From: a virus
IMG/VR virus record: IMGVR_UViG_3300035661_000025
Coordinates: 1-64,000 of that record
Direction: 5' to 3' (one strand)
DNA length: 64,000 bases
This document shows positions 40,122 through 49,395 of the stretch, in pieces. The position numbers and the translations under genes were made by a program. Numbering within the stretch: the stretch's first letter is position 1; every line of letters begins with the position of its first letter. A model generated the notes under the pieces. That model ran no database searches and was not told where the DNA came from. It worked only from the letters and a program-made list of their open reading frames with translations.

Positions 40122-40373
40122 ATGACAGATTTTAAAACGTTTATTGCTGGTTCTATGAATGAAGCAGATGGTAAATTTGACAGTGTTGATTTTATGATGG
40201 CGTTTGAAGATGGTGATGTTAATGCAAAACAAGCAATTGATGGTTTCGCGGAACTTATCAAAAGTGGTATTGTTTGGAATCTTCAAGGTGTATATGGTAG
40301 AACTGCAAAAGCATTGATTGATGCTGGTTATATCAATAAAGCTGGTAAGGTTCTTAAATACCCAAAAGACTAA
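40122..40373 (+). CDS. Late hypothetical protein, capsid-targeting-like N-terminus
   Basis: TATAAATA at 40086; MTDFKTFIAGSMNEA; WNLQGVYGRTA. Confidence 0.6.
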   Translation: MTDFKTFIAGSMNEADGKFDSVDFMMAFEDGDVNAKQAIDGFAELIKSGIVWNLQGVYGRTAKALIDAGYINKAGKVLKYPKD

Positions 40374-40399
40374 AAAAGTAAGAGTACTCTTACTTTTTT
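40372..40399. terminator. Bidirectional intrinsic terminator
   Basis: Perfect 28-bp palindrome AAAAAAGTAAGAGTACTCTTACTTTTTT; second hairpin to 40430. Confidence 0.7.
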
Positions 40400-40483
40400 T
40401 AATAAAGAATTAATTATAGTTCTTTATTAAAAAAAGATTAAGAATATTATGATATAATTAGTGTAAAGATTGAAGGATAGAAG

Positions 40484-41173
40484 ATGAATTTACCTAAGCA
40501 TTTAATATTATCCATAAAACGAAATGTAGGTGGGTGTTGTAACCATTGTGGGCGAAGCCTTAAACATGTAGTTCAAATAAAAGAAACTGAATCTGGAGAT
40601 ATTTCAAATTTAGGTGCTGGATGTGTTAAAACTGTTACCGGAAAAACTTTAAAAGATATTTTCAAAGAGGAAAAAGTTTACAAAGAAGCCACAAGAATTT
40701 TGGATATTAACAATAAAGGTAAAATCCGAATCCAGGAATACAAAGAGCTAAATGAAGATATGATGAACTTCATAGAAAGCAATTTAGATAATCCATTTTT
40801 GAAATCTATGTACAAGACAATTGAAGAATTTGGAACTCTGTCACCAAATATGTACAACACCGTTTACTCAATGATGTTGCCATTGGAAACCGAAAAAAAT
40901 CCAAAAGATGTAGTAGCGAAAGTTATTAAAGTATCTAAAAAACAAACTGATTTTGGGACAAATTGGACTTTATTTGTAGAACAAAACAGAAAACTCTCTA
41001 GATTATTTTTCAGTTCTTTGAATGCAAAAAACCATGATTTATTTGTAGAATTAGGTTTGTTGGAACCGGATGGTAGTATTTTAATAGATCCACTATCTAA
41101 AGACATAAAGGTTATGTTCTCCGGAACATTTGATGGTTATAAAGTCAAAAGAATAAAAATTAAAAAGGGATAA
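40484..41173 (+). CDS. Hypothetical protein with N-terminal zinc-finger-like motif
   Basis: CNHCGRSLK...GAGC. Confidence 0.6.
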   Translation: MNLPKHLILSIKRNVGGCCNHCGRSLKHVVQIKETESGDISNLGAGCVKTVTGKTLKDIFKEEKVYKEATRILDINNKGKIRIQEYKELNEDMMNFIESNLDNPFLKSMYKTIEEFGTLSPNMYNTVYSMMLPLETEKNPKDVVAKVIKVSKKQTDFGTNWTLFVEQNRKLSRLFFSSLNAKNHDLFVELGLLEPDGSILIDPLSKDIKVMFSGTFDGYKVKRIKIKKG

Positions 41174-41175
41174 TA

Positions 41176-41724
41176 ATGTTTGGTTTATTTAAAAGAAAAT
41201 TAAATTTTGTTGACAAAACAGAAAGATTGGTCAATTACACATTTCCTAAAGCTATAGTATCGAGTTTCAATGATAAATTCCCAGGTAAGTTTGACGAAGC
41301 GGAAAAAGGTTTAAAGTTATTCTTCTTTTTGATATTGTGGAATGAAGAAGCCAATTTTTCTGATATGATAGAAATGTATAATAAAAACGCTAATGAGTTG
41401 TGGAATATATTTCTATCAGATGCTAAAGAATATGCAGATTTTTGTGACCATGTGTTTGGACACTTTATTCATTATACTTCATACGATACAGAAAAAGAAT
41501 TAGAGGAGTACTTCATTAAAGCTAGCCGAGAAGTTTTAATCGCTCTTGATAAAATTCAAAGAAGCGATAATGATTCTCACCTATATATGATAACGTGTTT
41601 GGATTTAGATACAAAAATCAAACCTTCAGGACCTATTATGTCATCTGAAACAGATGACTCTCAAACAGATACCCGTTATTCGGAAAATGCATTAGTTTAT
41701 TTATCTTCAGTATTATATATCTGA
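41176..41724 (+). CDS. Glycine-rich-domain-family-like protein, C-terminus decayed
   Basis: ELW..F......YADFCDHVFGHFIHY; broken SSCS/G-rich remnants downstream. Confidence 0.5.
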   Translation: MFGLFKRKLNFVDKTERLVNYTFPKAIVSSFNDKFPGKFDEAEKGLKLFFFLILWNEEANFSDMIEMYNKNANELWNIFLSDAKEYADFCDHVFGHFIHYTSYDTEKELEEYFIKASREVLIALDKIQRSDNDSHLYMITCLDLDTKIKPSGPIMSSETDDSQTDTRYSENALVYLSSVLYI

Positions 41725-41956
41725 TTCACCGTATCTTTAGTTATTTAAGTTCATCTTGTAGCTTAAGCTCATGTAGCGTTGGAGATGGTAAATGTGAATA
41801 GCGTTTATAGGCAACTTAAACTAATTTTAAGGTTATTAGACAGATTATGAAATGTATTCTTTAGAAGAAAAATCTAAAGAAACTTTTGGAAGCTCACGAA
41901 TACCTCAAACATAAAAAGGTAAGTTAAATTATACTTATGAAAAAAGGATTTCAAAA

Positions 41957-42895
41957 ATGATTAATGAATATATTAAACACTTGTCACTGAATGACAAGAA
42001 AACACTTACTCAAAAAACTCTAAAGCTTGCAGAAGAGCTTGGTGAATTGTCTAAAGTTATTCTTCCTTTTGAAGGAGCTTATGCTACAAATCATCGGATG
42101 TATGATACTCAGAAAATTTTAGAGGAGCTTGCTGATATTCATTTGGTAAATCAATCAATTTTATATTCTATGGGTTTTTCATATTCAGATTTTGATAATA
42201 TGGTTATCAATAAATCAAAAAAGTGGCAACAGCTTCAAATTAAGGAAGATTTTTCCTTGTCAAAAAGCGATCTTATGCCATATGAAATTCACATTACTGT
42301 AAATACTGAAGATGGTATTGATATTCAACAATACAAAGAAGATTGTGATGAGATTGGAGTTAAGCCTATAGTCCTTGCATTGCAAGATCAATCTGCAGTA
42401 AAAGTTATGAATGATGTTATGACTTCTAGTAAATTTGTTGGTAATAATGGAGAAGCTTTCAAAGAAATGACTAGTATATCAGACGCTTTAGCTAATAAAG
42501 GATACACCGTTATTAGAAATAAAATTGAGGCAAGTTATTGGCATCCTAAAGCTCCTTTTAAACAAGCGGGTGATACAAAAATGCCAGAGGGTTGTTATTT
42601 TGAATGTCATTTTAACGTAGAATGTACTGATGAAAAATTATCAGTCTTATCTGAAATTGCTAAGGCACGTAAATGTCATTTATCTCAAAATGTATTTAAG
42701 GTAAAAGAAGATGGTGTGTTTACAATAATGATGACTTATCGAAGTTATACCCAAATGTTTGAAGATTTTGATGAACATTTGAACTCAATAAAATATGATC
42801 TCAATATGTTTGGATTTCCGCTTGAAAAAGAAATTGTGGAGTTCTGCGTTTATGATTCCAAAATAACACATGATGCTAAATGGTTAGAAGCATAA
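41957..42895 (+). CDS. MazG-like NTP pyrophosphohydrolase fused to unknown domain
   Basis: KLAEELGEL...EELAD; YEIHITV / YFECH repeats. Confidence 0.75.
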   Translation: MINEYIKHLSLNDKKTLTQKTLKLAEELGELSKVILPFEGAYATNHRMYDTQKILEELADIHLVNQSILYSMGFSYSDFDNMVINKSKKWQQLQIKEDFSLSKSDLMPYEIHITVNTEDGIDIQQYKEDCDEIGVKPIVLALQDQSAVKVMNDVMTSSKFVGNNGEAFKEMTSISDALANKGYTVIRNKIEASYWHPKAPFKQAGDTKMPEGCYFECHFNVECTDEKLSVLSEIAKARKCHLSQNVFKVKEDGVFTIMMTYRSYTQMFEDFDEHLNSIKYDLNMFGFPLEKEIVEFCVYDSKITHDAKWLEA

Positions 42896-43024
42896 TTTAA
42901 TTTTAACTTCAATATTAATATGTTATAATTATGTTAAGAAAAGAAATAGCGAAAAATGTAAGAATACTAACGAAGAAACCTTAGGTTCAACCTATATTTT
43001 TTAATTTATGTTAAAGGAAATATC

Positions 43025-43180
43025 ATGCCAGTAAAAGATCTAATTGATTTTTTATCTACATTAGATTCAGAAACCATTCTATATAAATGTTATGTAGAAC
43101 AAACTCCTGGAAATTTTCAAGAACTGATTTTACCAGTTATAGATGAAACTGGAGATTTAATTTTCCAAAAAGGAAAATAA
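43025..43180 (+). CDS. Small hypothetical protein (51 aa, not in track)
   Basis: AAGGA RBS; abuts next gene. Confidence 0.5.
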   Translation: MPVKDLIDFLSTLDSETILYKCYVEQTPGNFQELILPVIDETGDLIFQKGK

Positions 43181-43537
43181 ATGGTATCTAAAAAAATATT
43201 AGATGCTGTTTTGGGGTTGAATATAAGACAATTTGAAATAGTTGGTAATGATATTATATATCAAGTTTTTGAAATGTCTAAAGATGAAAAAATTAACATC
43301 TATGAACTTGCACATAAATGCAAAGAATGGGCTGTTATGTTACAACCAAACAAACAAGCGCTTTCCTCTTACCCACGATGGGGTAATCATAAAGACTATC
43401 CAGAAACAAACGGACACTATTATATTTGTCAACATTTGGTTACTGGCGTACAATTTGAAGCAGAAACAGAGCCAGAAGCAATATTTAAAGCTTGTGAATG
43501 GATATTAGATAATTGTTTAAAAATCTCTTTTAATTGA
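43181..43537 (+). CDS. Hypothetical protein, paralog of 30717-31130
   Basis: INIYELAHKCKEWA...EPEAIFKACEWIL. Confidence 0.6.
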   Translation: MVSKKILDAVLGLNIRQFEIVGNDIIYQVFEMSKDEKINIYELAHKCKEWAVMLQPNKQALSSYPRWGNHKDYPETNGHYYICQHLVTGVQFEAETEPEAIFKACEWILDNCLKISFN

Positions 43538-43599
43538 TACAATTCAATACAGTAACATCAAAGGTATAGACTCCAATATTACAATGAATAAGGATTAAA

Positions 43600-44652
43600 A
43601 TGCCAGAAAAATACCACTCATATCGTAACCATATAAAACCTATGCTTATGAGAATAAAAGATGATATTCATCTTAACGGAATAGATGGGGAGTCTAAAAA
43701 ACGAATTTTATATTTAGCTGCAATATTTCATGATATATATAATGTTGCTGGGAATATCAAAAATGAAGAAAACAGTGCTGAATATTTTCTTCATTGTTAT
43801 CATAATAAACAATTCATTTTGCCGGCATTGTTTTTTGAGTCCTCATTTAAAGATAATTTATCTATAAATCATCAGTTTATTGTAAATGCTTATGAAGATG
43901 GTTTTATTCCTTTCAATATAATAGAAAATGTTACTGAAGAAGAAAAAGATAAAATCATTGAATTGATTATGAACACCAAAGATACTTTTAATAAAAGACA
44001 CGGAGATGAACTAGGTCATTATTTTTATTTGCTTGATACTTATATACTCCGAGAGGGATTTTATGATTTAATTCAATATGAACATGGCATTTATAATGAA
44101 TATAAAAACAAATATACTCTTGCTGAATATAAAAAAGGTAGAATTGAGTTCCTGCAAAAATGTCTAGAAGAAATTCAAACAGTAAATGAATATGGAATAA
44201 AACAATTAATAAAATACGTTGAAGAAAGAGATTATGGATCTGTAGGAATTTTTGCTGGATCTTTTAATCCATTTCATATTGGTCATAAAAATGTTCTAGA
44301 ACAAGCAAAACGAGATTTTGATAAAGTTATAGTTATACAAATGCAGGATTTTAATAAACCAGTAAATGAATATCGAATGCCTAAATTGAAAGATTGTTTA
44401 GTAATTACTTCAAATGAGACGTTAGTAAACGTATTTGAAACTTACAAACAAGGACATAGAAGCGCTAGCATAGTTAGAGCTCTAAGAAATGGAGATGATC
44501 TTCAACACGAACAAAACTTGAAATTGGTTGTACATGATTTTAATAAACATGTTAGATTTACATACTATCTTGCGGATGAAGGTTTTAGTCATATCTCATC
44601 ATCTCTTGTAAGATCTCTTCCTGATGATCTGAGAGGAAAATATCTTGTTTGA
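43600..44652 (+). CDS. HD domain fused to CoaD-like adenylyltransferase
   Basis: YH..FHD; FAGSFNPFHIGH, RALR, HISSSLVR. Confidence 0.8.
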   Translation: MPEKYHSYRNHIKPMLMRIKDDIHLNGIDGESKKRILYLAAIFHDIYNVAGNIKNEENSAEYFLHCYHNKQFILPALFFESSFKDNLSINHQFIVNAYEDGFIPFNIIENVTEEEKDKIIELIMNTKDTFNKRHGDELGHYFYLLDTYILREGFYDLIQYEHGIYNEYKNKYTLAEYKKGRIEFLQKCLEEIQTVNEYGIKQLIKYVEERDYGSVGIFAGSFNPFHIGHKNVLEQAKRDFDKVIVIQMQDFNKPVNEYRMPKLKDCLVITSNETLVNVFETYKQGHRSASIVRALRNGDDLQHEQNLKLVVHDFNKHVRFTYYLADEGFSHISSSLVRSLPDDLRGKYLV

Positions 44653-44914
44653 TAAATCTTACATATATAACTCATCTGAATTTAAAATAACAGAATCATT
44701 ACTTCAGAACTTAAAAAATAATGATGTAATAAGCGATTATGAAATAAAAGTAAATTCAGGATATGAAAATACTATAAATGATATAGAGCAGGAATTATCC
44801 GACATTCCCAAGCATGGTCATAGACACATTCATTTACTACAAAATCCATTAATAAATGTTAACATTTACCCAAAACGGGCTATAGAACACATCACTATAT
44901 CCATAAATATTTAA
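44645..44914 (+). CDS. Hypothetical protein, tail-sheath C-terminus-like
   Basis: ISDYEI...VNIYPKRAIEHITISI. Confidence 0.4.
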   Translation: MFDKSYIYNSSEFKITESLLQNLKNNDVISDYEIKVNSGYENTINDIEQELSDIPKHGHRHIHLLQNPLINVNIYPKRAIEHITISINI

Positions 44915-44926
44915 AAAGGATAAGAC

Positions 44927-45076
44927 ATGGAAAAAGATAATCGAGAAGAAAAATTACAAATTGAATTAGATGAATTATTGTCTCTTTATGAATACATGCC
45001 TGATGAAGATAAAAAGAAAATGCTGATAGATATTATTAGACTTGAAGATGAAATAGATTATTTAACCAAAGGATAA
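44927..45076 (+). CDS. Small acidic protein (49 aa, not in track)
   Basis: AAGGA RBS; MEKDNREEK... Confidence 0.55.
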   Translation: MEKDNREEKLQIELDELLSLYEYMPDEDKKKMLIDIIRLEDEIDYLTKG

Positions 45077-45079
45077 GTC

Positions 45080-45805
45080 ATAAAATTCGCTCCATATAGT
45101 TACTCAAAAATATCATCATTTGCCTGCCCTAACCGATTCAAATTATCTTATATAGATAAGATTAAGGTTTCCAACACTAGTCCTGCTTTAGAAAAAGGGA
45201 CTTTCGTACATCTTGTATTGGAGAATTATGAAACGTTTAAGCAATCTAATTTTCGAGATTTTCCTGATTTTAATTTTAGTGTCCTTACTTCAGACGAGCA
45301 AGAAACAGCTAAACAAATAGTTAAAAAGTTTATAGACTCAGACATAGGAAAATATTATCTAGAAAATAATGAAGTCATAGGTGAAGAAGTCGAATTTGGT
45401 TTAGATAAAAAATTAAATCCCGTTGGGTATTATAGCAAAGAAGCCATAATACGTGGAAAGATTGACAAACTAATCATCAAAGATTCTGAATATATCATAA
45501 TAGATTACAAAACTGGAAAATTTCCAGAAGCGCAATATCACGATAATGGTCAAGGTATTTTATATGCATTATGGTTTTTTAGAAAGTATCCAGAAATACA
45601 AGAAATAAAAATGACTTATGTGTTTGTGGAGCATCTAAAAGAACATGTGTACACATTCAAAAGACAATACCTTCAAAATTATGCAACATTATATAGCAAT
45701 AAAATCATAAAGATAGAAAAATGTGAAGATTATGTAAAAAATGAAACGAAGCTTTGTGATTATTGTGATTATAGAAAATCAGGGTATTGTTTTCCTGAAA
45801 CATAA
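45080..45805 (+). CDS. Cas4-like PD-(D/E)xK exonuclease with 4-Cys cluster; probable ATA start
   Basis: YSYSK...CP, GTFVH, GKIDK, IIDYKTG, Q..LY, CDYCDYRKSGYC. Confidence 0.85.
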   Translation: MKFAPYSYSKISSFACPNRFKLSYIDKIKVSNTSPALEKGTFVHLVLENYETFKQSNFRDFPDFNFSVLTSDEQETAKQIVKKFIDSDIGKYYLENNEVIGEEVEFGLDKKLNPVGYYSKEAIIRGKIDKLIIKDSEYIIIDYKTGKFPEAQYHDNGQGILYALWFFRKYPEIQEIKMTYVFVEHLKEHVYTFKRQYLQNYATLYSNKIIKIEKCEDYVKNETKLCDYCDYRKSGYCFPET

Positions 45806-45833
45806 ATAATTTAAATTTTATTAAGGATTTTCA

Positions 45834-46205
45834 ATGAAAAAATATATCGCAGAGTTAGACAGAGATTCAATAAGCTTAGATTTAGGTTTTAAAATCGCTG
45901 TAATTCATAATGGAACTGTTTATTCAGAATCTGAAGTTACAACTAAATTCCCAAAATATTTCAAAGAAGTAAAAGGTGAAGAAACAGATTCAGTTGCTAA
46001 AGAGGAAATTTTGTTAGTAGATGATTCATCTAAAGTTGAAGTTAAAACTGAAGAAGCTCCAGTTGAGCAATCGGAAGTAGATTCATCTACAGCGGAAGAA
46101 GCTCCAGTTGAAGTTAAAGTTGAAGAAATTCAAGAAGCTCCAGTTGAGTCATCAGAAGATGACTCAACTTCTGATGAGCAAAAAACTTCTCGTAAAAAAT
46201 CGTAA
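45834..46205 (+). CDS. Late acidic protein with (E/Q)EAPVE x3
   Basis: CATAAATA at 45801; repeated AAGAAGCTCCAGTTGA. Confidence 0.6.
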   Translation: MKKYIAELDRDSISLDLGFKIAVIHNGTVYSESEVTTKFPKYFKEVKGEETDSVAKEEILLVDDSSKVEVKTEEAPVEQSEVDSSTAEEAPVEVKVEEIQEAPVESSEDDSTSDEQKTSRKKS

Positions 46206-46214
46206 GGCTGATTT

Positions 46215-46943
46215 ATGGCTACCATAAAAACTAAAAATGATTTGTCTGAGTATATACTAAGAAAATTAGGTAGCCCGGTTATTGATGTAGAGGTTTCTCC
46301 TGACCAACTATCAGATATTATAGACTCTGTAATTAGAGAATATTCAGAATATGCTATGGATGGTCAAGAAGAAAAATGTTTTATTATACCTTTGGATAAA
46401 GATATAAAAACGTACATTTTAGATGACCATATTTACTCAATAATCAATCTTAGAACGGCATCTAATTATTCTCCGTTCTCTATTCCTGGTGGATATATTA
46501 TTAATAACACATACAATTTCTTAGGATTTGGAAACAACGGACCTATGAGTCTTAGTGATATTCAGATGTTGACTACACAGTTTCAAATGATTCAAGATTA
46601 TTTCAATATTCCTATAAATCATACTTATAACGCTAACAACAACAAATTAATCTTTTTAGATGAGACTAATATAACTAATACTCATATGTTAGTTCATTGT
46701 TGGAGTTATTATAACCCAGATGAAGTAGATGGTATTTTTAATCATCCTTGGATTAAAGACATGAGTGTAGCTAAAGCTAAATTGCAATGGGCTACAAACT
46801 TAGGCAAATATAATGCACCTCTTATAAATGGAGCTACTATAAATTATAGCGACATTTATTCTCAAGGTCAAACAGAAGAGGAACGTTTACATCAAGAATT
46901 GCTTGATAGATGGTCACCTCCATTAGGAATAACAGTAGGTTAA
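46215..46943 (+). CDS. Neck protein (gp13)
   Basis: YILRKLGSPVIDVEV, WIKD, QWATNLGKY, PPLGITVG. Confidence 0.9.
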   Translation: MATIKTKNDLSEYILRKLGSPVIDVEVSPDQLSDIIDSVIREYSEYAMDGQEEKCFIIPLDKDIKTYILDDHIYSIINLRTASNYSPFSIPGGYIINNTYNFLGFGNNGPMSLSDIQMLTTQFQMIQDYFNIPINHTYNANNNKLIFLDETNITNTHMLVHCWSYYNPDEVDGIFNHPWIKDMSVAKAKLQWATNLGKYNAPLINGATINYSDIYSQGQTEEERLHQELLDRWSPPLGITVG

Positions 46944-46945
46944 AA

Positions 46946-47170
46946 ATGAAAACATTTAAATATATAGCAGAAAATGATCTTAACGAAGCAATGAAGCTTC
47001 CTGATATTATTTCCAAATTAAATAAAATTCACAAACAAATAGGTGAATTAGCTAATCAACTAGATAAAGATCTTTATGATTCTTCTAAAGTTTCTAATAG
47101 TGTTAACCCGATTTTAAACGGAATTAAAGATCTAATTGAAAAATTGAGTAAAGGTAAATTAAACTCATGA
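46946..47170 (+). CDS. Late hypothetical protein, capsid-targeting-like N-terminus
   Basis: MKTFKYIAENDLNEA. Confidence 0.55.
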   Translation: MKTFKYIAENDLNEAMKLPDIISKLNKIHKQIGELANQLDKDLYDSSKVSNSVNPILNGIKDLIEKLSKGKLNS

Positions 47171-47511
47171 ATAAGTTTAAAGAATTTGTTCTAGACTCAA
47201 TGAATGAAGCTGGTGTTAAACCCTTCATCAAAAAAGTTGGTAAAAAAACGTGGGTAGTTAAAATAAATGCCTTGGGTTCAGACCAAGGATTTGCTGAGTA
47301 TAATTTCGGTCAACAAATCGATCCATTAAAAAAGGTAAAAGCTTGGAAAGAAGATGCTAAAAAAGAGTATGTTGATGCAAAAGGTAAAGCAACATTACAA
47401 GCTGTAAAAGATTGGATTAAAGTTAAAAATCCTTCTGAATTTTATGCTTCATGGGAATCTGATTCACCAACATATAAAGATGATTCTGTAGAAATCTTTT
47501 ACAAAGATTAA
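47167..47511 (+). CDS. Late hypothetical protein, capsid-targeting-like N-terminus
   Basis: MNKFKEFVLDSMNEA. Confidence 0.55.
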   Translation: MNKFKEFVLDSMNEAGVKPFIKKVGKKTWVVKINALGSDQGFAEYNFGQQIDPLKKVKAWKEDAKKEYVDAKGKATLQAVKDWIKVKNPSEFYASWESDSPTYKDDSVEIFYKD

Positions 47512-47972
47512 AACAGATCTTCCTCTGTAATAATACGAAATTCCAGTTTATTTAAATCACAAAATTCTCTAGCCGCTTTCCATTTACATTGGTTAGTGAT
47601 ATATGTTTTCATAGCTTTCTCAAAACCTAAAACGCTTTTAGATGTTTTCTTTTTGGGTGGTTTTGGAGGCATAGTTTCTTTTAATGGTTTTATTTCCACT
47701 AAACATCTTCTAATATTTCCCCCACTATCTTCATATTCCATATATAAGTCTACAAAATATCTATGCATTTTTTGATCTGCCTCATTAAAATAAGGTATAG
47801 GAAATGGTTCTGAGCTCCACTTTTTTACAGCTGGGTTCATGTCACAAAATAAGAAAAACCGTTCCTCCCAGCTAGACATATATCTTATTCCTTTTCCAGA
47901 AGTTAATGATTGTTTGGAGTTAATATATTTTTCTGGTTTTTTTAGGTTATACCATCCTTGTTTCGGTGCCAT
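47508..47972 (-). CDS. Head completion nuclease (gp4)
   Basis: PEKY, SSWE, WSSE, HRYFVD, VEIKP, NQCKW, ITE. Confidence 0.92.
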   Translation of the reverse strand: MAPKQGWYNLKKPEKYINSKQSLTSGKGIRYMSSWEERFFLFCDMNPAVKKWSSEPFPIPYFNEADQKMHRYFVDLYMEYEDSGGNIRRCLVEIKPLKETMPPKPPKKKTSKSVLGFEKAMKTYITNQCKWKAAREFCDLNKLEFRIITEEDLF

Positions 47973-48090
47973 GTTATTCCTTTTACAATGTAAGTAATTT
48001 GTATAACTGAATTATTCTTATAACTTCCAATGTGATAAAATTTTCCAGCTTAAAAAAAGTCCGATTGATATGAAAAATACCTTTTTTGAA

Positions 48091-48102
48091 TATTTATAAA
48101 TA
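48091..48102. promoter_or_regulatory. Bidirectional late promoter TATTTATAAATA
   Basis: Palindrome reads TATAAATA on both strands between divergent gp4 and capsid-paralog genes. Confidence 0.7.
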
Positions 48103-48128
48103 CATCAATTAATAACTAAGGACATTTT

Positions 48129-49067
48129 ATGAAGAAATCACAGTTAGATTTAATTATTGAAAATTCAATAAAAACAAAAATTCAAGAACTAGTGAAAATG
48201 GATGAAGCTACTACAAGTGCAGATATTGTACCTACGGATAGAATTATTGGAGAACTTATTAAAGAAGTTTACCCATCTTCACTTGCAGGACAAATTTGTA
48301 GTATACAACCATTAACAGGTCCAGAAGGTCATATTATTGCAATTGGCCGTAAACGTGATGCAAATGATAATGTTATTGAAGGACCTGGTTCAGGTATAGA
48401 AACACGTAGAACTTTAGTAACAGCAAAAGATCACATTTTAGAAACAGATTTCACTATTGAATTTATACAAGATATGATTAATTTGTATGGAGAAGATGGT
48501 TATAGTTTCCTAGCAGCTTGGTTGAAAAACACATTAATTGAAGATATGAATAGTGCATTAATTGCTGATATTCGTGCATGTGCAGGAGATGCAGGGCATC
48601 TCATTCCTAAAACAGATTCTGATTTTGATGGTGGTACACACTCAATCATCTATAAAGCACAAAAACTTTACGGGGAAATTCTATCAAAAACAAACCGTTT
48701 CTTTAACCCATTTGTAATCTGTACACCATCAATTGGTATGATGTTAACATTGGGTTCAGATTCAGTTGAGAAAACAGAACATAAAAACTACCTTGGGACT
48801 GTTGCAAATTTTCAGATTTATATCGATAACAATGCAACAGATGATTATGTAATCGTAGGACATCAAGGGAAAGACCCAGGTGATGCAGGATATATTTTCT
48901 CACCTTATGTAACACAGGTGTATGAATCCACATCAGGTCATGATGGTACAATGAAAATATTTGTTAATAACAGATACGCATTAACAAAAAATCCAGCAGA
49001 TCGTGATGAAACTGGCACAAATAGCGATTTCTTTTATAAATTTACAGTTGATCTTTCAGCGTTCTAA
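48129..49067 (+). CDS. Major-capsid-fold paralog (gp23/gp24-like)
   Basis: IQPLTGPEG, FTIEFIQD, DAGYIFSPY, RYALTKNP. Confidence 0.8.
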   Translation: MKKSQLDLIIENSIKTKIQELVKMDEATTSADIVPTDRIIGELIKEVYPSSLAGQICSIQPLTGPEGHIIAIGRKRDANDNVIEGPGSGIETRRTLVTAKDHILETDFTIEFIQDMINLYGEDGYSFLAAWLKNTLIEDMNSALIADIRACAGDAGHLIPKTDSDFDGGTHSIIYKAQKLYGEILSKTNRFFNPFVICTPSIGMMLTLGSDSVEKTEHKNYLGTVANFQIYIDNNATDDYVIVGHQGKDPGDAGYIFSPYVTQVYESTSGHDGTMKIFVNNRYALTKNPADRDETGTNSDFFYKFTVDLSAF

Positions 49068-49077
49068 GGAATAATAA

Positions 49078-49395
49078 ATGAATTTTTCTGAATTTGCATT
49101 AAAGGATTTTATCATTGAAGGTGCAGTACCTTCAATTAAAGCTGTTAGAGAAAGAATAAAGATAATTACATCTTTGAATGAAAAACCAAAAACAGATCCA
49201 GTTTTTGAGATTCAACGATTATTAAGAATATCTGGATATAAAATAAAAAACACTTCGTATGATGCTAAAGGAAATGCTTACATTGAATTAGCATTTTCAA
49301 GCGATATAAAAGATGCTATGAAATATTTAGAAAATCTCGACAATCTACCAACAGAAGTAGAAATAAAAGACAACAAAATATTCGTTCATGCTTAA
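49078..49395 (+). CDS. Late hypothetical protein, capsid-targeting-like N-terminus
   Basis: MNFSEFALKDFIIEG. Confidence 0.5.
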   Translation: MNFSEFALKDFIIEGAVPSIKAVRERIKIITSLNEKPKTDPVFEIQRLLRISGYKIKNTSYDAKGNAYIELAFSSDIKDAMKYLENLDNLPTEVEIKDNKIFVHA

